Shown: positions 1 to 10,175 of the stretch, in pieces | Numbering within the stretch: the stretch's first letter is position 1 | How the letters are laid out: each line of letters begins with the position of its first letter | Source of the DNA: an uncultured Actinomycetota bacterium | GTDB lineage: Bacteria > Actinomycetota > Actinomycetes > Mycobacteriales > CADCTP01 | Length of the DNA stretch: 64,000 nucleotides | Direction: 5' to 3' | Assembly: GCA_963785005.1 (NCBI GenBank) | Contig: CAWATS010000008.1 | Coordinates: 95,648-159,647, forward strand | Notes under the pieces: model-generated | The model's input: only the letters and a program-made list of their open reading frames with translations | Told to the model about the DNA's origin: nothing | Database searches by the model: none | Program-made: the position numbers and the translations under genes

Positions 1-236
1 CGGCGCCGACCACCGCGACCGCGGTCACCGGACAGGCGCCGGCCGAGACCGAGGTGCTCGGGACCGACGCGCCGGCACAGGCGACCGAGGTCGCCACCGA
101 TGCCGACACCACCGCCCGTGCCACCGGCACGGCAGCCACCGGCGGCAGCGCCGACACGGACACCGCCGCTGGCGAAGCCAGCTCGGAGCCCACGGCCGGC
201 GACGCCGGCGCAGAGACAGGGGAGGGGACCCGATAG
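1..236 (+). CDS. rplV: 50S ribosomal protein L22, 3' end only (low-complexity Ala/Thr/Asp/Glu-rich C-terminal extension)
   Basis: Frame is open from the window edge (...[30 protein letters not shown]...GEGTR*). TAG 234-236 overlaps the GTG of rpsC by 1 nt. Identity rests only on S10-operon order (L22 precedes S3); the conserved core is outside the window. Confidence 0.55.
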   Translation, partial: APTTATAVTGQAPAETEVLGTDAPAQATEVATDADTTARATGTAATGGSADTDTAAGEASSEPTAGDAGAETGEGTR

Positions 237-1039
237 TGGGTCAGAAGGTCAACCCGCACGGGTTCCGGCTCGGTATCACCACCGACTGGAAGTCCCGGTG
301 GTTCGCGGACAAGCTGTACAAGGACTACGTCAAGGAAGACGTGGCGATCCGGCGCATGATGACCAAGGGCATGGAGCGCGCCGGCATCTCCAAGGTCGAG
401 ATCGAGCGCACCCGCGACCGGGTCCGGGTCGACATCCACACCGCCCGGCCGGGCATCGTCATCGGTCGCCGCGGTGCGGAGGCCGACCGGATCCGCGGTG
501 AGCTGGAGAAGCTCACCGGCAAGCAGGTGCAGCTGAACATCCTCGAGGTGAAGAACCCGGAGGCGGACGCGCAGCTCGTCGCGCAGGGCGTGGCCGAGCA
601 GCTGTCCAGCCGGGTCAGCTTCCGGCGCGCGATGCGCAAGGCCATGCAGTCGGCGTTGAAGAGCCCGGGCGTCAAGGGCATCCGGGTGCAGTGCGGCGGC
701 CGGCTCGGCGGCGCCGAGATGTCCCGGTCGGAGTTCTACCGCGAGGGCCGGGTGCCGCTGCACACGCTTCGGGCCATGATCGACTACGGCCAGTACGAGG
801 CACGGACCACCTTCGGCCGCATCGGCGTCAAGGTGTGGATCTACAAGGGCGACGCCATCGGCAACCGCACCGAGCGCGAGGCGGCCGAGGCCGCCCTGCG
901 CCAGCAGCGGCGGGAGCGGCCGCAGCGGCCGCGCCGCTCGGGCTCGTCCGGCACCACCGGGACCAGCACCGAGGCTGGCCGCGCGGCGGCGACCGAGCCG
1001 GTGGCGGTGCCCGGCGCGGTAGAGACCGCCGAGGCCTAG
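236..1039 (+). CDS. rpsC: 30S ribosomal protein S3
   Basis: GTG 236; [35 protein letters not shown]...[33 protein letters not shown]; ends at TAG 1037-1039 as assembled (see the finding on the downstream repeat tail). Confidence 0.96.
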   Translation: MGQKVNPHGFRLGITTDWKSRWFADKLYKDYVKEDVAIRRMMTKGMERAGISKVEIERTRDRVRVDIHTARPGIVIGRRGAEADRIRGELEKLTGKQVQLNILEVKNPEADAQLVAQGVAEQLSSRVSFRRAMRKAMQSALKSPGVKGIRVQCGGRLGGAEMSRSEFYREGRVPLHTLRAMIDYGQYEARTTFGRIGVKVWIYKGDAIGNRTEREAAEAALRQQRRERPQRPRRSGSSGTTGTSTEAGRAAATEPVAVPGAVETAEA

Positions 1040-1090
1040 CCGTCGAGGCCGGCGGCGACGACCGCGGCGGCCGTCGACGCGCCGGCCACC

Positions 1091-1335
1091 GAGGTCACCG
1101 AGGCGCCGGTCACCGAGGCGCCGGTCACGCGAGGCGCCGGTCAGCGAGGCGCCGGTCAGCGAGGCGCCGGCCAGCGAGGCGCCGGTCAGCGCGGTCAGCG
1201 AGGCGCCGGTCAGCGAGGCGCCGGCCAGCGAGGCGCCGGTCAGCGAGGCGCCGGTCAGCGAGGTCAGCGAGGCGCCGGTCAGCGAGGCGACCGGCCAGCG
1301 AGGCACCGGTCAGCGAGGCCAGCGAGGCGCCGGCG
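1091..1335 (+). repeat. Imperfect 15-nt tandem repeat array (consensus GAGGCGCCGGTCAGC = Glu-Ala-Pro-Val-Ser; about 12 full units plus 4 truncated 9-nt units) inside the 404-nt rpsC-rplP spacer
   Basis: Units counted by hand: 1100, 1115, 1131, 1146, 1161, 1176, 1200, 1215, 1230, 1245, 1269, 1284, 1300 (15-16 nt each) and short units at 1091, 1191, 1260, 1315. Two single extra bases (C1130, A1290) break the period. Confidence 0.9.
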
Positions 1336-1443
1336 ACGGTCGCCGAGGCGGTCGACGCGCCGGCCACCGACGCGACTGCCGCCCCCACCGAGCCGCCCGC
1401 CGCGGACGGTCCCGCCGACGCCGAGAAGACGGAGGGCTGAGTC

Positions 1444-1863
1444 GTGCTCATCCCCCGCAGGGTCAAGCACCGCAAGCAGCACCACCCCGACCGCACCGGC
1501 ACGGCCAAGGGCGGCACGAGGGTGAACTTCGGCGAGTACGGCATCCAGGCGCTGGAGCCGGCGTACGTGACCAACCGGCAGATCGAGTCGGCGCGGATCG
1601 CGATGACCCGGCACATCAAGCGCGGCGGCAAGGTCTGGATCAACATCTACCCGGACCGGCCGATCACCAAGAAGCCGGCCGAGACGCGGATGGGGTCCGG
1701 CAAGGGCTCGCCCGAGTGGTGGGTGGCCAACGTCAAGCCGGGCCGCGTCATGTTCGAGCTGTCCGGCGTACCGGAGCCGGTCGCCCGCGAGGCGCTGCGG
1801 CGGGCGATCCACAAGCTCCCGATGAAGTGCCGGTTCGTCAAGCGCGAGGTTGGTGACGTCTGA
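1444..1863 (+). CDS. rplP: 50S ribosomal protein L16
   Basis: GTG 1444; [15 protein letters not shown]...[32 protein letters not shown]. Confidence 0.97.
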   Translation: MLIPRRVKHRKQHHPDRTGTAKGGTRVNFGEYGIQALEPAYVTNRQIESARIAMTRHIKRGGKVWINIYPDRPITKKPAETRMGSGKGSPEWWVANVKPGRVMFELSGVPEPVAREALRRAIHKLPMKCRFVKREVGDV

Positions 1864-2096
1864 TGGCGGCAGGAACCGTGCCGGCCGAGCTGCGTGAGCT
1901 CGCCGACGACGAGCTGGCCTCGCGACTGCGCGAGGCCAAGGAGGAGCTGTTCAACCTCCGCTTCCAGGTGGCCACCGGGCAGCTGGACAACAACCGGCGG
2001 CTGCAGACCGTGCGCCGCGACATCGCGCGGATCTACACGATCATGCGCGAGCGCGAGCTCGGCCTGTCCGTCGCCCCGGACGAGGGTGTGGCGTGA
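1863..2096 (+). CDS. rpmC: 50S ribosomal protein L29
   Basis: ATG 1863 overlaps the rplP TGA by 1 nt; ...[36 protein letters not shown]. Confidence 0.95.
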   Translation: MAAGTVPAELRELADDELASRLREAKEELFNLRFQVATGQLDNNRRLQTVRRDIARIYTIMRERELGLSVAPDEGVA

Positions 2097-2134
2097 GCGA
2101 GCGCGAGAGCTCGCAGCGCGAGCGAGAGGGAGAG
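2094..2134 (+). repeat. GC-rich junction element between the rpmC stop and the probable rpsQ ATG, related to the tandem copies at 59785..59855
   Basis: TGAGCGAGCGCGAGAGCTCGCAGCGCGAGCGAGAGGGAGAG starts with the rpmC stop codon and ends in an RBS-like GAGGGAG. The first ~30 nt match the minus-strand copies at 59.8 kb with 1 substitution and 1 indel. Confidence 0.45.
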
Positions 2135-2413
2135 ATGACCGAGAACGTGGCGGCCAGCGCCGCCCGGGGGTCCCGCAAGGTCCGCGAGGGCCTGGTGGTG
2201 GCCGACAAGATGGACAAGACCCTCGTGGTCCAGGTCGAGGACCGCGTCAAGCACCCGCTGTACGGCAAGGTCATCCGGCGCACCAGCAAGCTGAAGGTGC
2301 ACGACGAGCAGAACGCCGCCGGCGTCGGTGACCGGGTGCTGCTGATGGAGACGCGGCCGCTGTCGGCCACCAAGCGGTGGCGGCTCGTGGAGATCCTGGA
2401 GAAGGCCAAGTGA
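2135..2413 (+). CDS. rpsQ: 30S ribosomal protein S17
   Basis: ATG 2135 preceded by GAGGGAG; [58 protein letters not shown]...[15 protein letters not shown]. The alternative GTG 2093 (GTGA overlap with rpmC) would add 14 aa encoded by the junction element. Confidence 0.9.
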   Translation: MTENVAASAARGSRKVREGLVVADKMDKTLVVQVEDRVKHPLYGKVIRRTSKLKVHDEQNAAGVGDRVLLMETRPLSATKRWRLVEILEKAK

Positions 2414-2778
2414 TCCAGCAGGAGTCCCGGCTGCGGGTGGCCGACAACACCGGTGCGAAGGAGATCCTCTGCATCCGGGTGCTCGGCGGCTCCGGCCGGC
2501 GCTACGCCGGCATCGGCGACATCATCGTCGCCACCGTCAAGGACGCGCTGCCGGGCGCGGGCGTGAAGAAGGGCGACGTCGTCAAGGCGGTCGTCGTGCG
2601 CACCGCCAAGGAGCGGCGCCGCCCGGACGGGTCGTACATCCGCTTCGACGAGAACGCGGCCGTGCTGATCAGGCCGGACAACGAGCCGCGCGGCACCCGC
2701 ATCTTCGGCCCGGTCGGCCGGGAGCTGCGGGACAAGCGCTTCATGAAGATCATCTCGTTGGCCCCGGAGGTGTTGTGA
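2410..2778 (+). CDS. rplN: 50S ribosomal protein L14
   Basis: GTG 2410 in a GTGA overlap with the rpsQ stop; [36 protein letters not shown]. Confidence 0.96.
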   Translation: MIQQESRLRVADNTGAKEILCIRVLGGSGRRYAGIGDIIVATVKDALPGAGVKKGDVVKAVVVRTAKERRRPDGSYIRFDENAAVLIRPDNEPRGTRIFGPVGRELRDKRFMKIISLAPEVL

Positions 2779-2794
2779 GGTGGCCGGTCCGTCG

Positions 2795-3109
2795 ATGAAG
2801 GTGAAGAAGGGCGACACCGTCCAGGTGATCTCCGGTCCGGACCGCGGCGCCAAGGGGAAGGTCATCGCGGCCTACCCGAAGCAGCAGCGGATCCTGGTCG
2901 AGGGCGTCAACCGGATCAAGAAGCACACCCGGGTCTCGACCACGCAGCGCGGAGCCCGTACCGGCGGCATCGTCACGCAGGAGGCCTCCATCCACGTGAG
3001 CAACGTGATGGTGGTCGACTCGGACGGCAAGCCGACCCGGGTCGGCTACCGCAAGGACGACGACGGCCGCAGCGTCCGCGTGGGACGCCGGTCCGGTAAG
3101 GACATCTGA
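2795..3109 (+). CDS. rplX: 50S ribosomal protein L24
   Basis: ATG 2795; [39 protein letters not shown] (KOW motif). The upstream GTG 2780 is less likely. Confidence 0.94.
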   Translation: MKVKKGDTVQVISGPDRGAKGKVIAAYPKQQRILVEGVNRIKKHTRVSTTQRGARTGGIVTQEASIHVSNVMVVDSDGKPTRVGYRKDDDGRSVRVGRRSGKDI

Positions 3110-3684
3110 TGAGCACCCCCACCCAGGCCGCGCCGCGGCTCAAGACGCGCTACGCCGAGCAGGTCGCGCCCGGGCTGCGCGAGCAGTTCGGCTACGACAA
3201 CGTCATGCAGATCCCCGGCGTGGTGAAGGTCGTCGTCAACATGGGCGTCGGCGAGGCGGCCCGGGACGCGAAGCTGATGGACGGCGCGGTGCGCGACCTG
3301 ACCGCGATCACCGGCCAGAAGCCGCTGGTGCAGCGGGCCCGCAAGTCGATCGCGCAGTTCAAGCTGCGCGAGGGCATGCCGATCGGCGCCAAGGTGACGC
3401 TGCGCGGCGACCGGATGTGGGAGTTCCTGGACCGGCTGCTGAGCATCGCGCTGCCGCGCATCCGGGACTTCCGCGGGCTGTCGCCGACCCAGTTCGACGG
3501 CAGCGGCAACTACACCTTCGGCCTGACCGAGCAGTCGATGTTCCACGAGATCGACATGGACCGGGTGGACCGGCAGCGCGGCATGGACATCACGGTGGTC
3601 ACCACCGCGACCACCGACGACGAGGGACGCGAGCTGCTCCGGCGGCTGGGCTTTCCCTTCCGCGCCGAAGGAGCAACGCGGTGA
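3109..3684 (+). CDS. rplE: 50S ribosomal protein L5
   Basis: ATG 3109 overlaps the rplX TGA; ...[41 protein letters not shown]...[10 protein letters not shown]. Confidence 0.97.
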   Translation: MSTPTQAAPRLKTRYAEQVAPGLREQFGYDNVMQIPGVVKVVVNMGVGEAARDAKLMDGAVRDLTAITGQKPLVQRARKSIAQFKLREGMPIGAKVTLRGDRMWEFLDRLLSIALPRIRDFRGLSPTQFDGSGNYTFGLTEQSMFHEIDMDRVDRQRGMDITVVTTATTDDEGRELLRRLGFPFRAEGATR

Positions 3685-3754
3685 CCTTCATGCGACCGCG
3701 TCAAGGCGGCGCGGACAGCCAACACAGTCGTACCATCGAGACGAGGAACTGAGC

Positions 3755-3940
3755 GTGGCGAAGAAGGCGCTCGTCATCAAGGCGGCCCGCAAGCCGAAGT
3801 TCGCGGTCCGCGCGTACACCCGCTGCCAGCGTTGTGGCCGGCCGCGTGCCGTCTACCGCACGTTCGGCCTCTGCCGGATCTGCGTGCGGGAGATGGCGCA
3901 CGCCGGCGAGCTGCCCGGCATCACCAAGTCAAGCTGGTAG
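3755..3940 (+). CDS. rpsN: 30S ribosomal protein S14, short zinc-ribbon (type Z) form
   Basis: GTG 3755; 61 aa; [20 protein letters not shown] gives the CxxC...CxxC pattern; ...[11 protein letters not shown]-terminus. Confidence 0.95.
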   Translation: MAKKALVIKAARKPKFAVRAYTRCQRCGRPRAVYRTFGLCRICVREMAHAGELPGITKSSW

Positions 3941-4076
3941 CGACTCTTCGCCGCAGGCCCGACAGGGAACCGCGGCGGGAAAGGCAAGAATCCAAGTGAC
4001 CCTGCTAACCCGGCGACCCCCGCTCCGCTCCTCGGGTCGCAAGCGACCCTGCGATGCTCACTCGGAGGGCCGCCTC

Positions 4077-4484
4077 ATGACGATGACCGACCCGATCGCG
4101 GACATGCTGACGCGCATCCGGAACGCCAACTCGGCGTACCACGACGCCGTCGTCATGCCGCACTCCAAGCTCAAGGTGCACGTCGCCGAGATCCTCCAGC
4201 AGGAGGGCTACATCGCCGGCTGGTCGGTGAGCGACGCCCCCGACGACGCGCCGGGCAAGCTGCTCTCGATCGACCTGAAGTACGGCCCGAACCGGGAGCG
4301 CTCGATCGCCGGCCTGCGCCGCGTGTCGAAGCCCGGCCTGCGGGTGTACGCGAAGTCCACCGGGATGCCGAAGGTGCTCGGTGGCCTCGGCGTGGCGATC
4401 ATCTCGACGTCGTCCGGCCTGCTGACCGACCGGCAGGCCGCCAAGCGCAGGATGGGCGGGGAAGTCCTCGCCTTCGTCTGGTGA
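4077..4484 (+). CDS. rpsH: 30S ribosomal protein S8
   Basis: ATG 4077, 8 nt after GGAGGG; [46 protein letters not shown]. Confidence 0.96.
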   Translation: MTMTDPIADMLTRIRNANSAYHDAVVMPHSKLKVHVAEILQQEGYIAGWSVSDAPDDAPGKLLSIDLKYGPNRERSIAGLRRVSKPGLRVYAKSTGMPKVLGGLGVAIISTSSGLLTDRQAAKRRMGGEVLAFVW

Positions 4485-4496
4485 GGAGGGGAAACC

Positions 4497-5036
4497 GTGT
4501 CGCGCATCGGTAGGCTGCCGGTCCCCGTCCCGTCGGGCGTCGACGTGACCATCGACGGGCGCACCGTCCGGGTGAAGGGCCCCAAGGGCGAGCTCGCCCA
4601 CACCGTCGCCGAGCCCATCGCGGTGGAGCGCGGGGACGACGGGGCGCTGCTGGTGACCCGGCCGGACGACGAGCGGGAGTCCCGCTCGCTGCACGGCCTG
4701 TCCCGCACGCTGATCAACAACATGGTGGTCGGGGTGACCCAGGGCTACTCGAAGACCCTGGAGATCGTCGGCACCGGCTACCGCGTGCAGGCGCGCGGCC
4801 GGGACCTGGAGTTCGCGCTCGGCTTCAGCCACCCGGTGCCGGTCCCGGCGCCGGAGGGCATCACCTTCCGGGTGGAGGCCCCGACCCGGTTCGTGGTCGA
4901 GGGCATCGACAAGCAGCAGGTCGGCGAAGTCGCGGCAACCATCCGCAAGCTGCGCAAGCCCGACCCGTACAAGGGCAAGGGCGTGCGCTACCAGGGCGAG
5001 GTCATCCGCCGCAAGGCCGGGAAGACGGGCAAGTGA
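4497..5036 (+). CDS. rplF: 50S ribosomal protein L6
   Basis: GTG 4497; [33 protein letters not shown]...[14 protein letters not shown]. Confidence 0.97.
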   Translation: MSRIGRLPVPVPSGVDVTIDGRTVRVKGPKGELAHTVAEPIAVERGDDGALLVTRPDDERESRSLHGLSRTLINNMVVGVTQGYSKTLEIVGTGYRVQARGRDLEFALGFSHPVPVPAPEGITFRVEAPTRFVVEGIDKQQVGEVAATIRKLRKPDPYKGKGVRYQGEVIRRKAGKTGK

Positions 5037-5040
5037 CATC

Positions 5041-5415
5041 ATGACGACCAAGACGATCGGGACCGGCACCGCGGCGAAGCGGCGGCTGTCCCGCCTGCGC
5101 CGGCACAGCCGGCTGCGCAAGAGGATCGGCGGCACCACCGCCCGACCGCGGCTGGTCGTGACGCGGTCCGCGCGGCACGTGTACGCGCAGGTCGTGGACG
5201 ACGTCCGCGGCGTCACGCTCGCCTCCGCGTCCACCTACAAGCTGGACGTCGACGGCGACAAGACGGCGGCCGCGCGCCGGGTCGGCGAGCTGCTGGCCGA
5301 GCGGGCGAAGGCGGCCGGGGTCGGCGCGGTCGTCTTCGACCGCGGCGGCGACCGCTACCACGGCCGGATCGCGGCGCTCGCCGACGCGGCGCGCGCCAAC
5401 GGCCTGGAGTTCTGA
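5041..5415 (+). CDS. rplR: 50S ribosomal protein L18
   Basis: ATG 5041; ...[20 protein letters not shown]...[28 protein letters not shown]. Confidence 0.96.
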   Translation: MTTKTIGTGTAAKRRLSRLRRHSRLRKRIGGTTARPRLVVTRSARHVYAQVVDDVRGVTLASASTYKLDVDGDKTAAARRVGELLAERAKAAGVGAVVFDRGGDRYHGRIAALADAARANGLEF

Positions 5416-5473
5416 TGAGGCAGTGTTCTGACAGGTCCCACGCAGTGGGCCGGATCGACGGAGAGGACGCCTG

Positions 5474-6082
5474 ATGCCAGGGCAGCAGCGCCGAGGCGGG
5501 GGCGCCGGCGGCGGAGACCGCCGGGACCGCCGGGACGGCGGCGGCCGGGGCGGAGCGGGCGCCGAGAAGACCCCGCACGTCGAGCGGGTCGTCGCGATCA
5601 ACCGGGTGGCGAAGGTCGTCAAGGGCGGCCGCCGCTTCAGCTTCACCGCGCTGGTCGTGGTGGGCGACGGCGACGGCACGGTCGGTGTCGGCTACGGCAA
5701 GGCCAAGGAGGTGCCCGCGGCGATCGCCAAGGGTGTCGAGGAGGCCAAGAAGCACTTCTTCAAGGTGCCGCGGATCCAGGGCACCATCCCGCACCCGATC
5801 CAGGGCGAGGCCGCCGCGGGCGTCGTGCTGCTCAAGCCGGCCAGCCCGGGCACCGGCGTCATCGCCGGCGGCCCGGTGCGGGCCGTGCTCGAGTGCGCCG
5901 GCATCCACGACGTGCTGTCCAAGTCGCTCGGCTCGGACAACCCGATCAACATCGTGCACGCGACCGTGACCGCGCTGAAGGGGCTGGTCCGCCCGGAGGA
6001 GGTCGCGAGCCGTCGCGGCCTGCCGCTGGAGGACGTGGCCCCGGCCGGGATGCTGCGGGCGCGGGCGCTCGGGGGGGTGTGA
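5474..6082 (+). CDS. rpsE: 30S ribosomal protein S5
   Basis: ATG 5474; Gly/Arg-rich N-terminus, then [45 protein letters not shown]. Confidence 0.96.
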   Translation: MPGQQRRGGGAGGGDRRDRRDGGGRGGAGAEKTPHVERVVAINRVAKVVKGGRRFSFTALVVVGDGDGTVGVGYGKAKEVPAAIAKGVEEAKKHFFKVPRIQGTIPHPIQGEAAAGVVLLKPASPGTGVIAGGPVRAVLECAGIHDVLSKSLGSDNPINIVHATVTALKGLVRPEEVASRRGLPLEDVAPAGMLRARALGGV

Positions 6083-6087
6083 GGGCG

Positions 6088-6270
6088 GTGGCGCGGCTGA
6101 AGATCACCCAGGTCCGGTCGGTCATCGGCTCCAAGGACAACCAGCGCCAGACGGTGCGGTCGCTGGGCCTCAAGCGGATCCACGACGTCGTGGTGAAGGA
6201 GGACCGGCCGGAGATCCGAGGCATGGTCGCGACCGTGACGCACCTGGTCACGGTCGAGGAGGTCGAGTAA
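6088..6270 (+). CDS. rpmD: 50S ribosomal protein L30
   Basis: GTG 6088 (alternative GTG 6079); ARLKITQVRSVIGSKDNQRQTVRSLGLKRIHDVVVKEDRPEIRGM. Confidence 0.93.
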   Translation: MARLKITQVRSVIGSKDNQRQTVRSLGLKRIHDVVVKEDRPEIRGMVATVTHLVTVEEVE

Positions 6271-6273
6271 GGC

Positions 6274-6714
6274 ATGACACTGAAGGTCCACCACCTGCGC
6301 CCCGCCCCTGGCTCGCACACCGCCAGGACGCGGGTCGGCCGGGGCAACGCATCCAAGGGCAAGACGGCCGGGCGCGGCACCAAGGGCTCCAAGGCCCGCG
6401 GTCAGGTGCCGGCCAGCTTCGAGGGCGGGCAGATGCCGGTCCACATGCGGCTGCCCAAGCTCAAGGGCTTCAAGAACCGCTTCAAGGTCGAGTTCCAGGT
6501 CGTCAACGTCGGCCGGCTCGGCGCGCTCTTCCCGGACGGCGGCAGCGTCGGGCCGGACGAGCTCGTCGCCTCCGGCGCGGTCCGCCCGGGCGCTCCGGTC
6601 AAGATCCTGGGCACCGGCGACCTGACCGCGACAGTGCAGGTCACAGCGCACGCGTTCTCCGACTCGGCGCGGGAGAAGATCACCGCGGCGGGAGGGTCGG
6701 TGACCGAGCTGTAG
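6274..6714 (+). CDS. rplO: 50S ribosomal protein L15
   Basis: ATG 6274; [43 protein letters not shown]. Confidence 0.96.
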   Translation: MTLKVHHLRPAPGSHTARTRVGRGNASKGKTAGRGTKGSKARGQVPASFEGGQMPVHMRLPKLKGFKNRFKVEFQVVNVGRLGALFPDGGSVGPDELVASGAVRPGAPVKILGTGDLTATVQVTAHAFSDSAREKITAAGGSVTEL

Positions 6715-6829
6715 CCCCCGCGGCCGGTGGCCGGGCAAGGATCGCCCGGCCACCGGCTGTTACAGTCGCAGTCTGCGGACCCGTGCCCGCACCGGCCCGC
6801 GCTACCCCGTCCCGCGCGCAGGAGGATTC

Positions 6830-8140
6830 GTGCTTTCCGCGTTCGCGTCCGCTTTCCGGACGCCCGACCTGCGCAAGAAGCTGCTCTTCACGCTCGCCAT
6901 GATCGCGGTGTACCGGCTCGGATCGAACGTGCCGACGCCGAACGTCTCGACCTCGAACATCAACGCCTGCCTGGAGCAGGCCAACGCCGGCGCCTCCCGC
7001 GACCTCTACTCGCTGGTCAACCTCTTCAGCGGCGGCGCGCTGCTGCAGCTCGCCGTGTTCGCGCTGGGCATCATGCCCTACATCACGGCGAGCATCATCG
7101 TGCAGCTGCTGGTGGTGGTGATCCCGCGCTTCGAGCAGCTGAAGAAGGAGGGCCAGTCCGGCCAGGCCAAGCTCACCCAGTACACCCGCTACCTGACCAT
7201 CGGCCTGGCCATCCTGCAGTCCACCGGCATCATCGCGCTGGCCCGCAACGAGCAGCTCTTCCCGGCCTGCGACCGCCCGGTGCTCTTCCGCGAGGATGTC
7301 TACTCGCTGCTGGTCATGGTCATCACGATGACGGCGGGCACCGCGGTGATCATGTGGCTCGGCGAGCTGATCACCGACCGCGGCGTCGGCAACGGCATGT
7401 CGGTGCTGATCTTCACCTCGATCTCGGCCCGCATCCCGGCCGAGGGCGGCCGGATCCTCACCACCAACGGCGCCTTCGTCTTCACCCTGATCTGCCTGCT
7501 GGCACTGGCGATCATCGCCGCGGTCGTCTTCGTCGAGCAGGCGCAGCGGCGCATCCCGGTGCAGTACGCCAAGCGCATGGTCGGCCGGCGGATGTACGGC
7601 GGCACCTCGACGTACCTGCCGCTCAAGGTCAACCAGGCCGGCGTCATCCCGGTCATCTTCGCCTCCTCGCTGCTCTACCTGCCGCAGCTGATCAGCCAGC
7701 TGTCCAGCAACGAGACCAGCGGCTGGCGCCGCTTCGTGCAGAACTACGTGATCGACCAGAGCAGCTGGTCGCACATCGCGCTCTACTTCGCGCTGATCAT
7801 CTTCTTCACGTACTTCTACGTCTCGATCACGTTCAACCCGGAGGAGCGGGCCGAGGACATGAAGAAGTACGGCGGGTTCATCCCGGGCATCCGGCCCGGC
7901 CGCCCGACGGCGGAGTACCTGTCGTACGTGCTCAACCGGATCACCCTGCCGGGCGCGCTCTACCTCGGCACCATCGCGGTCCTGCCGAACTTCTTCCTCG
8001 GCCTCACCGGCGAGGGCAACAACCAGAACTTCCCGTTCGGCGGCACCGCAGTGCTGATCATGGTCGGCGTGGGTCTCGACACCGTCAAGCAGATCGAGAG
8101 CCAGCTCATGCAGCGCAACTACGAGGGGTTCCTGAGATAG
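6830..8140 (+). CDS. secY: Preprotein translocase subunit SecY
   Basis: GTG 6830; 436 aa polytopic membrane protein; ...[30 protein letters not shown]...; canonical position after rplO. Confidence 0.97.
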   Translation: MLSAFASAFRTPDLRKKLLFTLAMIAVYRLGSNVPTPNVSTSNINACLEQANAGASRDLYSLVNLFSGGALLQLAVFALGIMPYITASIIVQLLVVVIPRFEQLKKEGQSGQAKLTQYTRYLTIGLAILQSTGIIALARNEQLFPACDRPVLFREDVYSLLVMVITMTAGTAVIMWLGELITDRGVGNGMSVLIFTSISARIPAEGGRILTTNGAFVFTLICLLALAIIAAVVFVEQAQRRIPVQYAKRMVGRRMYGGTSTYLPLKVNQAGVIPVIFASSLLYLPQLISQLSSNETSGWRRFVQNYVIDQSSWSHIALYFALIIFFTYFYVSITFNPEERAEDMKKYGGFIPGIRPGRPTAEYLSYVLNRITLPGALYLGTIAVLPNFFLGLTGEGNNQNFPFGGTAVLIMVGVGLDTVKQIESQLMQRNYEGFLR

Positions 8141-8790
8141 TGCGGCTCGTCCTGGTCGGGCCGCCGGGGGCGGGCAAGGGCACCCAGGCGCAGTTCATCG
8201 CGGCACAGTTCGCGATCCCCAAGATCAGCACCGGCGACATCTTCCGGGCGAACGTCAGTGAGGGCACCGAGCTCGGGGTCACCGCGAAGAAGTTCATGGA
8301 CGCCGGCGACCTGGTGCCCGACGAGGTGACCAGCGCGATGGTCCGGGAGCGGCTGAAGGAGGACGACGCCCTCGAGGGCTTCCTGCTCGACGGCTTCCCG
8401 CGCACCGTGCCGCAGGCGGAGACGCTGGACGAGATGCTGACCGAGCTGGGCAACGACCTGAACGTGGTGCTGGAGCTGGTGGTCGACGACGAGGAGGTCA
8501 TCCGCCGGCTGTCCGGGCGGCGCACCTGCCGCAGCTGCGGGCACATCTGGCACGTCGACTTCGACCCGCCCACCCGCGAGGGCATCTGCGACCACTGCGG
8601 TGGCCAGCTCTTCCAGCGCGACGACGACAAGCCCGACACCGTCCGGCACCGGCTGGAGGTGTACGCCGAGCAGACGGCGCCGCTGATCGCCTTCTACGCC
8701 GAGAAGGGCGTGCTGACCGGCATCGACGCGACCGGCCCGGTGGACGACGTGACGGAGCGCGCCATCGCGGCGCTGCGCCCGTTCGACTGA
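8140..8790 (+). CDS. adk: Adenylate kinase
   Basis: GTG 8140 overlaps the secY TAG; [22 protein letters not shown]-loop; zinc lid CRSCGH...CDHCGG. Confidence 0.96.
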   Translation: MRLVLVGPPGAGKGTQAQFIAAQFAIPKISTGDIFRANVSEGTELGVTAKKFMDAGDLVPDEVTSAMVRERLKEDDALEGFLLDGFPRTVPQAETLDEMLTELGNDLNVVLELVVDDEEVIRRLSGRRTCRSCGHIWHVDFDPPTREGICDHCGGQLFQRDDDKPDTVRHRLEVYAEQTAPLIAFYAEKGVLTGIDATGPVDDVTERAIAALRPFD

Positions 8791-8927
8791 CCACCGTCGC
8801 CGCCGGGTCTCGGTCGACTCGAGGTCTCGACAGCCCAGAGCGTTGACAGGTAGATCGGGGGGACCGGGGCGGAGGCGGCACGTAAGGTCGGAGGCGAGAG
8901 GTGCGGGTGCGGAGAAGGCGGGACCGG

Positions 8928-9737
8928 ATGATCCAGATCAAGACCCCGGACGAGATCGCGGTGATGCGCGAGGCCGGTCTGGTGACGCAGCGCGCGCTGG
9001 CCCGGATGCGGGAGGCGGTCGCGCCCGGGATCAGCACCGGGGAGCTGGACCGGATCGCCGAGGACTCCATCCGCTCCGAGGGCGCCGTCCCGTCCTTCAA
9101 GGGCTACCGCGGCTTCACCGGCACCATCTGTGCGTCCGTCAACGACGAGGTGGTGCACGGCATCCCGTCCCGGCGCCGGAAGCTGCGCGACGGCGACATC
9201 GTCTCGCTCGACTGCGGCGCGATCGTGGACGGCTGGCACGGCGACTCGGCGGTCACGGTGCCGGTCGGCGAGGTGGCACCGGAGCTGCTGGAGCTGATCG
9301 CGGTGACCGAGCGGTCGCTGTGGGCGGGTCTGGCCGTCGCGCTGGCCGGCGGCCGGCTGACCGACATCGGCGCGGCGGTCGAGGGCTCCATCCGGTCCGC
9401 GCCGCACCGGTACGGGATCGTCGACCACTACGGCGGGCACGGCATCGGCACCGAGATGCACCAGGACCCGCACGTGCTCAACCACGGCCGGGCCGGCCGC
9501 GGACCGCGGCTGGTGCCGGGCCTCGCGCTCGCGGTGGAGCCGATGGTGACCCTGGGCGACCCGGCCACCCGGGAGCTGGACGACGGCTGGACGGTCGTCA
9601 CGCTGGACGGGTCGTGCGCGGCGCACTGGGAGCACACGGTGGCCGTCACCGAGGACGGGCCGTGGGTCACCACCGCCGAGGACGGCGGTTTCGGCCGGTT
9701 GGCGGAGCTGGGCGTGAGGGTGGCGCAGCGGGCATGA
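8928..9737 (+). CDS. map: Type I methionine aminopeptidase
   Basis: ATG 8928; MIQIKTPDEIAVMREAG...VVHGIPS...DCGAIVDGWHGDSA...HYGGHGIGTEMHQDP...EPM...EHT. Confidence 0.95.
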   Translation: MIQIKTPDEIAVMREAGLVTQRALARMREAVAPGISTGELDRIAEDSIRSEGAVPSFKGYRGFTGTICASVNDEVVHGIPSRRRKLRDGDIVSLDCGAIVDGWHGDSAVTVPVGEVAPELLELIAVTERSLWAGLAVALAGGRLTDIGAAVEGSIRSAPHRYGIVDHYGGHGIGTEMHQDPHVLNHGRAGRGPRLVPGLALAVEPMVTLGDPATRELDDGWTVVTLDGSCAAHWEHTVAVTEDGPWVTTAEDGGFGRLAELGVRVAQRA

Positions 9738-10168
9738 GCGACGGTGACCTGGCGGGGCCGGTCGGACGGGACTCGCTGCGGGTCAGCGACGCCGAGCGTC
9801 AGGGAGTGGTGGAGCGGCTCAACGCGGCGTTCGCCGAGGGCCGTCTGGAGATGGCCGAGCTCGAGGAACGGGTGGCCGCGGCGTACGCGGCGAAGACCGT
9901 CGGCGACCTGCGTCCGCTCATCCTCGACCTGCCGCTGGAGCGCTCCACCGAGCTGGCGCCGGCCCGCCCGGCCGGCCGCGTCGAGCGCAGCCAGGGCGAC
10001 GGCACCGGGAGCGCGGTGGCCGCCATGACCGGCGTGTTCCTGGTGAACGTGCTGATCTGGGCGGCGGTCTCGGTCGGCAACCGGGAGCTGATCTACTTCT
10101 GGCCGGTGTGGCTGCTGATCCCGCTGATCTTCACGATCGTGGGCCGGGTGGCGAGCCGACGCCGCTGA
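9734..10168 (+). CDS. DUF1707-type small membrane protein
   Basis: ATG 9734 in an ATGA overlap with the map stop; RVSDAERQGVVERLNAAFAEGRLEMAELEERVAAAYAAKTVGDLRPLILDLP followed by two hydrophobic helices. Confidence 0.75.
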   Translation: MSDGDLAGPVGRDSLRVSDAERQGVVERLNAAFAEGRLEMAELEERVAAAYAAKTVGDLRPLILDLPLERSTELAPARPAGRVERSQGDGTGSAVAAMTGVFLVNVLIWAAVSVGNRELIYFWPVWLLIPLIFTIVGRVASRRR

Positions 10169-10175
10169 GGCGCTT

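Noticed and set aside
1091-1335. Possible CRISPR array (here and at the 39.6-41.5 kb repeats).
   Set aside because: The repeats are contiguous with no unique spacers. The periods are 15 bp and 276 bp, both multiples of 3 and coding-like, and there are no cas genes.
691-1440. 249-aa ORF giving an (ARRRS)n arginine-rich repeat protein across the rpsC 3' half and the spacer.
   Set aside because: It starts inside rpsC in another frame and has no RBS. It uses rare AGG/TCA codons in the repeats. The same DNA reads as preferred-codon EAPVS in the composite S3-tail frames.
8790-8927. Promoter or operator in the adk-map spacer (TTGACA at about 8843; GGTCTCG direct repeats and SalI/XhoI-like palindromes at 8806-8832).
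   Set aside because: No acceptable -10 lies at 16-19 nt from the TTGACA. The repeats are short and imperfect, so they are not supportable without data.
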